Shown here: piece by piece, positions 47,970 through 61,034 of the stretch
Numbering within the stretch: position 1 is the first letter of the stretch
How the letters are laid out: the number at the start of each line of letters is the position of its first letter
Assembly (NCBI RefSeq): GCF_041146345.1
Contig: NW_027191419.1
Coordinates: forward strand, 1 to 64,000
Direction of reading: 5' to 3'
Source: Neodothiora populina
Lineage: Eukaryota
Length of the DNA stretch: 64,000 nucleotides
Notes under the pieces: generated by a model
What the model saw: only the letters and a program-made list of their open reading frames with translations
What the model was told of the DNA's origin: nothing
The model's database searches: none
Made by a program: the position numbers and the translations under genes

Positions 47970-49618
47970 CTAAGCACAAACATGATCGATAAAGTCAGGG
48001 CGTACCAGGGTGCTCCTGCTATAACGATGTTGGAAGCCTAGAAGTGCGAGCGACTTCTGTGTTTGGTTGTATAACGGCCAACCCTTCTCGGTGAGTCCAC
48101 GGTAGGGGTTCTTTGCAAATGCACTCCAATATGCCATCATGAAATTGCTCAGCGATCGCTCTTCAGGTGTTCCAGGCGTGGACTTGAATGCATCGTTGAA
48201 TGTACCAAAAACAAGAGGTATCTCCGAAGTATGAGTTGCCAGCGAAGCATTATAAGGCAACTCCGTGTCTGGAAAGCTGGGGAAAAATTGGTATCGCCAG
48301 GCAGGAACATGGAATAGCCTGCGGATCTGAGCCAGATCATTCGAGACACAGGTGAAGACATTGGCGTTGAAGGCATCCCAGAAGCTCTCACTTTTTATCA
48401 GTCCAGTCTTCAGCTTGAACCACGCTGCTTCATAGACGTTGTTGCCTATCAGTGCTGGCTTCTTTATGAACGCGCCTTGATCCCGGAGTTTTGTGTAGTT
48501 TTGGAACACTAGTTGATTCTGGGGACAGATCAGCGATATATTCCAGATAATCAGATGATGTACGTACATCCACACTGGGATTGAATGGAAATGCAGCAGC
48601 ATATTCGACTAGCTGTGCGATTGGTACATCTCTCATACAAGCAAGCACTTGAGATTCGTTCCCCGTGCCGCAGCTACAATTGGCGGCTAAGCCTTTCCAG
48701 AGAGCAGCTGCGGTAATGTTGCTGGTCGCATTACCAAGAGTCGTGCTGCCCGATTCCATAATAGAGCCAGCGATGATGGGATCATCCATATATACATGAT
48801 TGTAATAGTCAATACTCGCAGCCCCCGCTGATTCGCCGAAGAGGGTAATACGATCAACATCCCCGCCGAATGCTGCAATGTTGTCTCTGACCCACTCTAC
48901 AGCGAGTCGTTGATCAAGAAGTCCCACATTCTGCTCAAGACCTGGCGCACCTGAGAAGCCAAGAGCAGACACGCGATAGTTGAATGTTACAACGATGACC
49001 TGAAGAGTGTTAGCAATTGAGACCTTGAAGTGCAACCGGAACTCCCTGTCATACATCATGAAGATCTGCGAAGTATTGTCCATTGTATACAGCACTGTTA
49101 CTGCCTCCGGCCTTGAATGCTCCTCCATAGAACCATACCATAACAGCTTTCTTGGCTTCGCCGGTCTGTGGTTTGGTCCAGATATTCAGGTATAAACAGT
49201 CTTCCGCCCATCCGTTCGGCCCTGCTGTAACGGCGACGAGGTACTCGTTCAATTGAGTGGACGCATTTCCGATGAGGCCTGGGAAAGTGACTTTTGACTG
49301 AGGACAATTGAGTGGCAGCGAGCTGCTGTTCACGATACCAGACCCTCGGTAAGGACTTGGAGGTGCAAAACGCAACTCACTGATAGGTGGCTGTGCAAAC
49401 GGAATCGCAAGATATTCAGAGACCAGAGGTGCCTCAGTGGCAGGATGCCCAATGATCATACCACTCGTGGTATTGACTGCGGATCCTACAAGACATTTGG
49501 TTTCTGGCTGATCGTGTACATGGTCAAAGGACTTGAGTGCGTCCACCAAGAAAAACGCATGAACTTGACTGGTGATCAGAGCTATCGAAGCGACGATCTT
49601 CAGGAGTAGAGTGGGCAT
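47970..49618 (-). CDS. Secreted type-B carboxylesterase/lipase
   Basis: [32 protein letters not shown]...GF, FGESAG and THTSEI; introns 49000-49054 and 48519-48567. Confidence 0.93.
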
Positions 49619-52317
49619 CGCAAGAGATCTCGGACTCTACTGTCTTAGGAGTAAGACGGACAATGATACGCATCAATACACACGGGGTCTTTCCCGCTTT
49701 ATGTCCCCAGCCAAAAGTCATAATGGTCTGAATAAGGTCATCGAGTATGGTTGATATTATGTCTCCACAAGATTCCGAGCCCTAACTCAAATTATAGACT
49801 TATACGGATTTTACATCTCACATCACTTCTCATCAAACAAACTAGAAAGACATAGAGTTCACTATTACTCATATTGAGAACTTTGTTTCGTGGTCTGTCC
49901 CTGTTGCAGCACTCTAAGCCCTAGCGCATGACGCACAAGTGGTGATTGTAACAGCATTTGTCTCTACGATGGAAACGACACAACAAGGCGGCTACTGAAC
50001 ACATTGCATTCCACATATCTCCCTCATACACCTGACTCTCTGCCTTTTTCATCCACTTGCAATCATAAGGCTCAATCAGTGATGGAGGGCAGTTTTAATG
50101 CTCTGCCGCTCCCTAAGCATGGAATTCTTGTACCTAAGAGCGTGCCCTAATCATGAGGGGAATCAGCTTTAGCCAGCCTTTAGCAAGCCCTGAGCCCTTA
50201 GTTGTGGGGAATTGTGGGGAAGCGGGTGTGGTAGCGCCTTTGCCCTAAGAGAACATCAAGCCCTAGGACTTTCAACCTCCCCAAACCATATCATAGTCTC
50301 TCGGGCAAGCATGCTCCTCTCTAGCATTCAGTCAGGGTCATATAATGGCGGTGGCGAACTACCTTTGCAGTGATGATGAAAGCATTATCGACTGTGGCTG
50401 CTTGTTCCTTGTTGGAGTTGAGTATATGACTACGTACGTAGCATAAGTGCTGGATCCCGTATTCAATATGCTACCAGCAAAAGCATTGCTTTGATCCAGC
50501 CAAAATCTCCGCGACATATCCATGAGGGTTCTTCTCAGAGATACGCCTTGTTCCGCAGTATGGATCTGAATCATCGTGGTAGGAGTCCCTGTGAAAGTGA
50601 AAACACGCAAACTACAACGAGTTCCACTTATGAAAACCCCGTTATAGCAGGGCATTGCTGATAGCTCCTGAATCCGTCTGCACACCAACGAATCTAACCC
50701 CATCGATATCATGTCGTAAGCAAAGAGAAACAGCGCCATCGTCAGCTAAATACCAGTGAATCTGAATTGACATGTCTTGTGATGAGACAATCAGACAGGT
50801 ATAGAAGTAGGGTGCTTTCTATATTCATATACCATCGCGAATCCTGTCCAGAACTTCACACCCTCACAAGTGTACATTACTGACAGTGCTTAAACTTTGT
50901 TTACTGCCGATTGCTTCGCGCGTCAGTCTGGACTTCCACATTAGAATCATACTCGTGGTCGACGTAGTACTTAGCCGTATGTTGATAGTCTCGATCAATG
51001 CATTATCGTATCCATTATAAGAGAGACAGCTGGCTGTCCCTTTGGACAGATTTCCTGTCACCTAGGTGCACTCATAACAGTCACATAGCCTACGTGGCTG
51101 ATATCTCATTTCTCAATATGAATCTCGATCCCTTGCCGAAAGACACGACAACGTGGCACACACGTGGTCGACGACAGCGACTTATATTAGTGACCACATT
51201 TTTTGAATACACTTGTACTATTGGTTTGTGTTACACTTCGAATAATGTTGGTAACAAGTCTTGCAACTACGACGGCTCCACATGGATGAACACCGCTTAT
51301 TCAAGCGCGTGGTCAGTCGAAAGCATCGGCTGTCGCCCTCCAGATGTAATTTGTATGACGTAGATGAAAGCATGTGCAGGAGCGATCTTCGCCTGTGATT
51401 CGAATATGAACTTACCGCTCCTACTAATTCTTTTTCGTACAGATTCTCTCACGACCGAGCTGATACATACTTGTTGCTCGGGATTTATTGATCGGGAGCC
51501 AGTGTTACACGTTGCATTAACGCCCTAGGCAAGGTCAGATGACTTGCTCGAACTAATAACCAGAGAGTTAACACTTAGGTATACTTTGGATTGCAGATGG
51601 CTTATTACAACATCTTCGTGTATAGAGAAGCAGGGAACAGAACATCTATAAGGTTTGTTACCGACGTAAGCATACATGTGGAAAACATGCATGCAGAATA
51701 ATCTGTGACAGTATAGGAATGTACATGTACAAAAGAGCTCGTCGAATGTCATTGATTAATCACTAAAAAATCATCAACCCTTAGATAAGGAATTCTTGAC
51801 CATTCATTGTCGAGTCATTACCTGTTCACTGTCCAGTCAATGACCACTCACTAGGAAATCATTGATCTTCGACTATGATGTCATTCAATTACTCATTGTA
51901 AGGTTTTTAGCTACAGTCATGTGTAGAGGTAAGACACATAAGATCCTTATGGACATAATTCTTGATTGTGAGCATTGTCGAGGACGAATTTGGAGCTAGC
52001 AAGTTGTGTGTGTGGTCAGGCATATTTGAATTGCACGAGGTACAGGTAAAAAGGATCGAATGAATCATACTGTAGCCTGCTGGAGTCGTGCTAGATCACC
52101 AAAAAATAAAGAGAAAGGGATCGTTATATGAAGAAACACAATGCATTTTATTGGGTATAATTTCACTATTAATCATATCTTCTTGGATGTATACGTCCAG
52201 ACATGTTCATGGAACACTCATAACGAATTCTTGGAAGACACACACTTCGCCGGTGCATCTTCCAGTCAGGCAGAAGGATAAATCTGCCCTGTACTGATGT
52301 AAAGCCGAGATAGCCGA

Positions 52318-54251
52318 TCAGATAAGGACACCCTTGTTCTGCTTCTTGTCGACATTGTGGTTCTTCCATATGGCGATTGCGGGAATGGCAAGGATGAGGA
52401 TGGCGATGGATGAGATGCACGAATACTTCTGGTTGTATCCCCAGGCATAATCGATGGCGTTTCTGACCTCGGATCCTGGAGGGTAGGTCATTTGAGTGAC
52501 ATATCCACCTAGGTAGATGGTGGACCAGTCTGCCTTAGCACTGTCTGGTAGCGCTCTTCGGAGTGCTTCGGGGAAGGTGCCGCCGTAGATGGCAGCACTG
52601 ACTGCTTGACCGATGGCTCCACCAAGACTGGAGGAGAGGCCGAGAAGAGCAAGCATCATGGGTACACCATCGTGATCAGCAGAAGCCATCACGGCCATAT
52701 CCTGGCAAATGACAAGGGTGCCACCTCCGAAAGCAATGAAGATCTGGCACATGATGATATATCCGATACCTTCATCAGCTCCACGGAAGTGGATCATGAG
52801 GCCAGCACCAAGCATCAGTAGGGGAAGTCCGAAGCACAAGGCAAGGTACTTGAAGTGCTTTGTGTAGCGGACGTAGACACCAACGACCACGCCCCAGAAG
52901 CAGGATCCGACGTTGTAGATCTGTGTCATATAGCCAACATCTCTGTAGTTCAGGTTGTAGACAACGATGACAAAAGAGTAGTAGTAGAGATCCCATGAGT
53001 AGAAACTGAAGTAGGAAATTGCGGCGAGGCAGCAAGCTCCGAGTACAGTTCTGTTTCTGAGGAGTTCCCATCTGATGTAGTGAACCCGGGCGAAGAACCT
53101 TTCCCAGGCTGCGAAAACAAAGAAAAGCAGGAAGCCGATGACTACCATGGCAATAAAGGTTGCGCCCTCGTATGGTGCTTTGCCAGCAGTGTTCAAGCTG
53201 AAGGGTAGGAGGAAAATGACGAAAGCCGCCATCAAGAGGAACATGCCGACAACTGAAGAGAAAGTTAGCATTCAGCTCGTATGAGATAATTATTTTCATG
53301 ACTTACTGCCAAACTCGTGAATATAGTGAATGGTAGACTGCACGATACTGCGACCGCTGGACTCCTTCTTGTACAAGCCCATTCTCTCAGCCTTCCTCTG
53401 GTAGAACTTGAAGACGAAAGCCAGAGGCAAGAAGACGAAAGGCATGATGATGGCAAAGGCGCCCCATGCCCATCGCCAACTGGAGGTGGTCAAGAATGAG
53501 GAGGCGGCGAGGGGACCAGTGAAGGCAGTACAGATGAATGGTGTTGAGACGAAGGCGAATGCCCACGCTCGGTTTCTCAGTCCAGAGGTATCGGCAACAT
53601 AGACCTGCAAGATATAGTAGATCGCATCGTAGCCGATCCAGTAAAGCACGTATCCTGCGGCGTAACCGCTTGGTCCGGTGCAAGAAGCGATGACAATGAT
53701 ACCGAGGAGGTACACTCCGACGAAGAAGACAAATCCCTCAGAACGTCCCCAGATGTTCAAAACCTTGGCGATGGGCAGCTTGATCACACCGCCGATGATG
53801 TTTGCTAGAATACTGGCAGTGGAGATCTCGGGTGCAGCAGCGAAATCCGCGTATGCGTTTGCAATGACTTGATTTCCGACTGCTGATTGGAAAGCAAGCA
53901 TGAAGAAACAGACCCATATCCTGAATATCGATATCAGCTGGGATCCTGGCAGACTTGGAGAGTTGAGCCGACATACCAAGCGTATGTTGCATAGACGGCC
54001 TTCTTGCTCCAAACAAGAGCAGCAGCCTCGGTTTTCTTCAGACCAACCTGAGCATCCTCGGTCACCTGGTCGGGGTGTGCCTGGATCTCCTTCTCGTTTC
54101 GTTCATCGAGACTGAGGCGACTGGAATTGCTGTCGGTACCGACATCGACATCGGTCTCATGTTTCTGACCGAAACTTTCCTCCGTGGTGAAAGCAGGCTC
54201 GACGACAGGCTGTGTCTTGCCACGAATCTTCAGATTGTCAAGGAAGCCCAT
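52318..54251 (-). CDS. Siderophore-iron transporter (MFS, MirB/ARN-SIT family)
   Basis: [36 protein letters not shown] and [11 protein letters not shown]; introns 53921-53976 and 53253-53306. Confidence 0.93.
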
Positions 54252-54559
54252 GATGAACAACGACCTGAAGACGATAGTCGTGTGTAAGGTGAGCTCAGAC
54301 CCGAGATTGATAAGATTCACTGCAAGGAGGGCAGGGAGCGAAGCATTTATTCCCTACTCACGCGTCTGCCAAGGATCGATTTTTGCGCATTTTTCATTTC
54401 CGAGACACTCGAGCGCTCACCCCAACGGTACTGAGTAGCCGGCCTTTCTGATAGCGCGAATGTGCGCTCATCGTGTCTTTTGTGGGTACTTGCATTATGC
54501 CCGAGTGTTTTCTTTTCTGCTAGCGCTAATCAATCCGAAGGGGTTTCGAGGCTTATTGG

Positions 54560-54744
54560 ATCAGATAACCCTGCTGCTTGTCTCAATTACACTTTACGCC
54601 CAACGGCTGTTCAGCAAAAGTTGTGGGACTCACTGCGGTTCCGCAGGCACTTTTCCAGCCGTAGCCCCACCTCTTTTGATCTTTTGATCATGATTGATGA
54701 AAGCCACGGCCCACCTTCGACGTTGTTTATTGCCGATCTGATAA
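54560..54744. promoter_or_regulatory. SreA-type iron-repression GATA sites
   Basis: Exact ATCWGATAA at 54560-54568 and 54736-54744, upstream of the siderophore transporter; further TGATAA at about 54308. Confidence 0.7.
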
Positions 54745-56959
54745 CTCAATTGCCCTTAAGAGCTCAAGCTCATTCCTGTAGGTGTGCAGCGAATCAGTAG
54801 CAGACCGCACCCGATGCAGCCCCTCCAGAAAAGTCACCAAAGATGATCTTGTGATCGCAGGATCAAGCTCCCTTGCAGGTCCGGATCGTCGCAATCCAGC
54901 ATAATTACTCAATAGTATGAGCGATACACGGAGCCCTAGACACTAGACTGACTCCGATATCGTAAGCAACGGTGACCAACCCGAGCTCGGCTACAGAGAC
55001 ATGGTATTGTGATTGGTGAATAAGCTTGTCCATAGGAGGCGAGCAAGGATACGATTCGCAAAACCCATTCCGCGTTCTTTTTTTTTCCTCCTCTGAAGGT
55101 TCCAAGTGCGGAGGTAAACACCAGCGCTGAGCTGCAAAATCTTGATCAAAGTGGCGTTACCTCCACGCGGCAACTCCACTTCCGCTCTCGTTCTGGCATG
55201 TTGTTAAGGACTTCGTCTACGGTTGCCCCGAGAAAAAGCAAAGTGTTTGGCACAGTGTCTTGAAAAGGCTTGGGATGCTTGCTTTGACCATATTGCAATC
55301 TTATCACCGGATCAGATCATCAGATTTGCGATAATATTACGGACAAGTCGGTGTGGTACGGCCGATGCCGATCGGAGAAACGCTCGGTGATACCTCCGAT
55401 ACCATTGGTTGAGTGCAAGTTTCGCGAATGCCATCTACAAAAAGAGACAGCGTCCATTAATGTTCCATACAACGGATGATGCCAAGCAGACTTCACACGT
55501 CCACAGACCAAACGTCGTATGTGTCCACACGTGGCATGGCGCTGTCCCAAGGGGTCTGTTTGTGGTCGCTCCAAGACGCTAAACACAGGGCCGTCTCAAA
55601 AGTGAGTTTGTGTGTGCTCCCAGGTCATACTTCATCGGTGAAAAGCGCTGGCGCTAGACCGAGTCTTTTGTGTCTCGCCAGTTCTAGAAGACAAACAAAA
55701 GCACGTCTTGCTTCTAGCTCTCAAAAGAATCGAGCATTTACTGCGATTAGTAGACGCTACTGAGTCGGCATCCGAATTCCGAGCAGTGTTAAGGGTGGAT
55801 TCTTGGCAAAGTCCTCGTGAATCTCCTTCGCGCAGAGCGAATGAAATAGAGAACAATAGCAAAGTTCCTTCACTCCTAGGTAAGGGGAAGACGAAGCTGT
55901 GAGGCATCCTTCAGACGAGCCTCATGTCTTGAAATTCGCGATTATTGCATGCATCAGAGGTGATTTGATCAGGAGGCTATTTGTGCAGTACAAGTATACG
56001 CTGGTGATCGAACAGGGTTGGCCTTTGCGCTATCCAGCCTGTGGATATAACTTAGCTATACACGGCTGATGATCAGGATCAACCTTTAGCGGCGCCCGTG
56101 AGGTGGTTACTTTACTGCCATTACTTAGTACTGTACCACGGCGATGTGCATCTGAGCATCATGAGGTCTTTGAGGCTCAAAGCTGTCTCGTGAATGCATG
56201 CATGCAAAGATCTGGGCCAGCAGTGGCACTCCTCGCTGGACGATCATACCACATGTATGATGCAGTTCCAGACCTACGATATCAGCGTGCTTCCTGTACG
56301 AGCTGCAGGCATAAGATTACCATGGAGAGAGCATCTCGAATGTCAACGTAGAGATTGAGGAAAGCAATGAAGTGGAACATTTAGCACCACTTATATTAGG
56401 TAGTCATGGTCACGGTCTCAATTGTGACTGATCACAGATAATTCATGAAGGAAATTTTGTATTCAATGGTATAAGTCCCACATTCGATTTCGTTGACTCG
56501 CATGCTTATGCAAACAGTGATGGGCTAACCGGTGAAGAGTGTTACTTTATGGATATGGAACACGTACTTCTTCATGGGACCATGGATTGTTCAGGTAAAT
56601 TGCAGTAGTGTGCAGCATGCAGCACAACATTAAGGTGCGCAAGGACGAAAGATCAGTACCTTAGTGTATTCATCGGATGTCCGGCTCTTTCTGGGGTAAC
56701 ACACTCGCAGCGGATCATTGTCTTCCACTGCCTATCCTTGATATGGCAAAAGCGAGCTGGTAACGGCACATCCCGCATGCTCCACCACTTGCTACATACG
56801 GCTGCCTCGGGTCTCCACTCCACCGTCAGTATGATGCGGCATGTGATCAGATAAGGTAGAATCCGGTCTCGTATGGAAGCAAAGCACCTTGGTCCACCAC
56901 TCGTACAAAGGCGCTGTACCATTAAACCTACCTAGTATGACTTCTTCCAGAGCCGAGTT

Positions 56960-57382
56960 ATGTCCCCAGGGGCGAGACTGGTCACGGACATGCCGAAACG
57001 GCTATCTAACATCCCCATTACTATATTTGGCCAGCTAGAGAAAGAGCTGGGGCTCTCGCAAAACTGGGAGTCCTCCTACGCGGATACGTATGACGACCTT
57101 CAGAGACTAGCAACAAATGCTGGACTCATAGCTGACCATGCTTTCACAACCCCGTCCTATATATCTAACACTTACTCGGTCGACGCTGCGCTCGATCTAT
57201 TTGCAAGATCAGTTGCGAGTCCTATGTCTCGCAGATTTGGAGAACAATCGATCAGAGAACGTGCAGAGCGAGCTTTCGTAGAACAGTTTCAATCGATGGC
57301 TAGTGCGGACGGTCTGGTGCATGAGGAGGCAAGATTCCACATAGTTGTCGCTCGCAAGGCAGACACCCCTGCACCGGGATAA
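56960..57382 (+). pseudogene. C-terminal remnant of a SAM-dependent methyltransferase-like gene
   Basis: MSPGARLVTD resembles the L.PGG..V motif; C-terminal FHIVVARK strand; no upstream motif I found. Confidence 0.45.
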
Positions 57383-58246
57383 CATAGCGTGTCATTGCTA
57401 GACGGATGTTGGTGCTAAGATTTCCAGTTGATCCTGTGCCCATATCGATGGCAGGGACCGCTATGAATGTCAAGGTTGCTTTTAACATCGGAGTTCTTAC
57501 CTACGATTGTTCTTTTACCTGCACATTCGATCTGGAAACCGAGGTCCTAAAGCGTACCACGTGTTCTGTTCACTTCTCGGATATCATGGCTACGACATTG
57601 CCGTATCTCAGTGTACCTTCAACAGAGTCGACACTGTGATGCGAACATTGCCAGCACACGTGGTCAGTGCACATTATATAGAGTTTCCAAATTGCTGCAA
57701 CGCGAAGGATCACCCGTCGTGGGGGCGGCGGGCGCTCAAGGCGGCACATGTTAGACACCTTAACCGAATATGAGATATCAATGTCACATCGGAGGTGCCT
57801 GTGAGAGCTGCTTGTATCAACACATCTCTTTGTGCGTAATACCGCACTTCGTTCGGTTGGTCACGCAGGAATCTCTAGGAACACGGTAAATGAAGTTTCC
57901 ACGGAGTACGTTATGCTAGCCCATTGCTATTTCCCCACCGGGAGATCGACACAGCACAAGGCAATTCCCCGCACGCAGGACATTACCTTGCACATTGCCT
58001 ACCTAACTTAAGGTACCTTAGCTTAAATGTGCTATATATTATGTCGAAAATTCAACACTAAGGTAGGTATTAGATCGTTCGACGTCAGTGGTCGTGAGTC
58101 TCGGTAGAATACTGCTTGCATTCAGCCTCTGAAGGAGAGTATGTTTGACACTAAAGCATATCCTCCAGCAACCAGAGATATGGCGAAGTATTTAAAGATA
58201 TGTATGTCGCCGCTTTATCGCAGTCGAACATCACTCAATTGGAGAA

Positions 58247-60289
58247 ATGCCTGCGACTGTAGCTACATTCCTCACTATCGCCTTTGGCGTGGCAGGTTCG
58301 GTGGGGGCACCTACGTCTTTTACGACCCCAAAGAGATCACTTGATATCGGAGCTTTATCGACTCAATACTTCGGTAACGATGCTCCCTGGTACGAGGGTC
58401 GCATACCATTCTTCAGTTCGAGTGATTCACAGGTCAATGATGTCTACTACTACCGATGGAAGATCTTCCGCGCACATCAACGTGATCTTGGAGCAAAAGG
58501 TTACATCTCGACAGAGTTCCTCGATGATGTGGGTTGGCAATTGAACCCATGGGCTAGCCTCAATGATGCTACGGGTTTCCATCTGGGCGAAGGCAGATGG
58601 AATCGGGACAGACGCTTCAAAGATGACTATCTTGATTTTATGTATGCGTCTGGTGGTAATGATCGACACTTCACTGACTATATGGCTGATGCCGCTTGGC
58701 GTTGCTACCTTGTCGACGGAGATGCAGCTAGTGGAACCAGATATGTTGAGCAGATGAAGACAATCTATGCACAGTGGGACGATCACTTCGATACTAGCAA
58801 GGGACTCTATTATATAGAGCCACTGCTAGATGCAACAGAGTACACTATTTCCTCCATCGATGCTTCGGGCGGCCAAGATGGGTTCACAGGTGGCGATGCT
58901 TTCCGCCCTTCCATCAACTCATACATGTATGCCAACGCACGTGCTATTGCTCAGATGGCTCAGCTTGCAGGGCAATCCAGTAGCGTGGTTGACGACTACA
59001 ACTCCCGTGCCGACTCGATCAAGTCTCATGTCCAGAGCGACCTCTGGAACAGTACATTCCAACATTTCATCGATCGCTATCAAGTTTCCAACCAGTACGT
59101 CCAGTACTGGGATTTCATCCGAGGCCGTGAACTCGTTGGCGTTCTGCCGTGGATGTTCGACCTGGTGGACAACTCTGGGGATTATGCGGAATCTTGGAGC
59201 CACATCTTGAACCCTGACGAGCTCGGAGGACCATTCGGCCTCCGCACTGTTGAACCAAGCTATGAGTACTATATGCGTCAGTATCGCTATGAAGGATCCC
59301 GTCGTGAATGTCAATGGAATGGTCCTGTTTGGCCATTCCAGACAACTCAAGCACTTCTCGCGATGAGTAATTTACTGGACCACTATGACCAGTCTATCGT
59401 GACGCGAAGCGATTTCCTAAGGCTTCTCCGCCAATACACGCAGCTTCACTATGACGGTGACGTCCTCAATCTGGAGGAAGACTACGACCCCGCCACTGGA
59501 GACATCATCGTGGGCCTCGATCGTAGCCCTCACTACTTCCACTCTGGCTATGTTGACATCATTCTGACCGGTCTTGTTGGAATACGCCCTCGTGCAGATG
59601 ACTTTCTCGAGATCAATCCTCTTCTTCCATCCACGAGCGACAGCCAAGCAATTACCTGGTTCCGCGCCGAGGAGGTACCGTATCACGGGGCCAACATCGC
59701 GGTGCAGTGGGACTCGGATGGGAGCCACTTCGGTCAAGGTGCCGGTCTTCGAATCGAGAGAGATGGCGAGGTCATCGGAACTTCTGCCACACTTGAACGG
59801 CTTGTCATACCTTATCCTAGGAAAGCTATCATCCCTATCTATCGCCCGATCGCCAAATCGATTCAACTGCAGAGCAACACCCAATATCCTGTGGGCAATG
59901 CGTCGAGCGGCACGGATGTAGAGAATGTCCACGATGCTATCGACGGTCGCATTTGGTTCTTCTCCGAACTTCCCAACGGATGGATGACAGATGCTGGCAG
60001 TGATGTAGATCAATGGTACACCATCAACTTCGGATCCAACACCGATGTCTCACGGGCAGAGATCGCGTTCTTTAGCGATAGTGCCACCTTCGAGATTCCA
60101 ACTCAGTATAGCATACAGACCTTGGTCAATGGGAACTGGGTCAATATCAGTGGTGTTCAACAAGACGCCCCTCTGGCTAATGGCATCACTTATGCCAGCT
60201 GGGCTACCCTGTCTGCAAGTCAGGTAAGACTTGCCTTCTCTCAAGCAGAAGGACAGCGCACAAGACTGGTCGAATTCAAGCTTTTCTAG
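58247..60289 (+). CDS. Secreted GH63/MGH1-like (alpha/alpha)6 glycosidase with C-terminal F5/8-type C (CBM32-like) domain
   Basis: Signal peptide; DVYYYRW, TEFL, GFHLGEGRW, DATEY, RPSINSYMY, CQWNGPVWP and YFHS; tail DAIDG..WY...RLVEF. Confidence 0.88.
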   Translation: MPATVATFLTIAFGVAGSVGAPTSFTTPKRSLDIGALSTQYFGNDAPWYEGRIPFFSSSDSQVNDVYYYRWKIFRAHQRDLGAKGYISTEFLDDVGWQLNPWASLNDATGFHLGEGRWNRDRRFKDDYLDFMYASGGNDRHFTDYMADAAWRCYLVDGDAASGTRYVEQMKTIYAQWDDHFDTSKGLYYIEPLLDATEYTISSIDASGGQDGFTGGDAFRPSINSYMYANARAIAQMAQLAGQSSSVVDDYNSRADSIKSHVQSDLWNSTFQHFIDRYQVSNQYVQYWDFIRGRELVGVLPWMFDLVDNSGDYAESWSHILNPDELGGPFGLRTVEPSYEYYMRQYRYEGSRRECQWNGPVWPFQTTQALLAMSNLLDHYDQSIVTRSDFLRLLRQYTQLHYDGDVLNLEEDYDPATGDIIVGLDRSPHYFHSGYVDIILTGLVGIRPRADDFLEINPLLPSTSDSQAITWFRAEEVPYHGANIAVQWDSDGSHFGQGAGLRIERDGEVIGTSATLERLVIPYPRKAIIPIYRPIAKSIQLQSNTQYPVGNASSGTDVENVHDAIDGRIWFFSELPNGWMTDAGSDVDQWYTINFGSNTDVSRAEIAFFSDSATFEIPTQYSIQTLVNGNWVNISGVQQDAPLANGITYASWATLSASQVRLAFSQAEGQRTRLVEFKLF

Positions 60290-60838
60290 CCAGGTAATGA
60301 TTATTTCATTTTATGCAGAAGGTGTATGCCAAATTAACGAAGTGCATGTTTACCAGACAGTGCCCGACGATGACTTCATGGCAATAATCTCTCGACCTAT
60401 AAGTACGGGAAAGCTGAAGCATACCCCGCCAGATGGTACTTGTAAAAAAAATTCATGTGCTATTCACTGTTTGTGCTGCACAGAGGCTACGCCGACGACA
60501 TGGTCGCAAGGACAGAGCGGTGTGAATGCTCTACACTTACAATTTTCGGCTGAAATCCGGAGTATGTTCGTTCCGCTTCACAGACAAGCATGCAAGTCAC
60601 TCTTTGGCTCCGAACGAACGACAAATTATCATATACAAACTTAAGATCCAAATTGCGCTGGAGTCGCCTCAATGTACTGGTACAAGACGCCCTCTGTGTT
60701 GTCAAATTTCGATTAATCGTAGATAATCTATGCATCTCACCGCGGTTCCACCTACAAATGTCCGACACACGTAGCCGACATTTCTGTCGAGGAACTAGCA
60801 CGGAAGCCCCGAAATTGCAGTTTGATGATCTCTTTGAC

Positions 60839-60848
60839 ATCGTTCGAT
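60839..60848. promoter_or_regulatory. Possible SREBP/SrbA-like sterol response element
   Basis: ATCGTTCGAT near-palindrome about 190 nt upstream of ERG2. Confidence 0.3.
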
Positions 60849-61034
60849 TTCTTAGCCCTTTCCTGTAGACCCATTAAAAAAAAAGCCTCGACTTCGAGAT
60901 GGTTTAATATAGAGATTTTACGAAAAGAAATGTTGTGATTGCCCCATTCTGACCTATTGTTGATTTTCTCTAAATTTTGTTCGGTGCTCGATACCGCTCC
61001 GTCCTCTACTTTTTCGGGCCTACCTAGGTACATA

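Noticed and set aside
50365..50570. Box C/D snoRNA (GTGATGA ... CTGA) downstream of the CCCTAA cluster
   Set aside because: No terminal stem or recognisable rRNA guide; the boxes are too short to be significant.
57995..58070. TACCT/AGGTA palindromes upstream of the GH63-like gene
   Set aside because: Short low-complexity words that recur in other intergenic parts of the window; no TIR/TSD structure.
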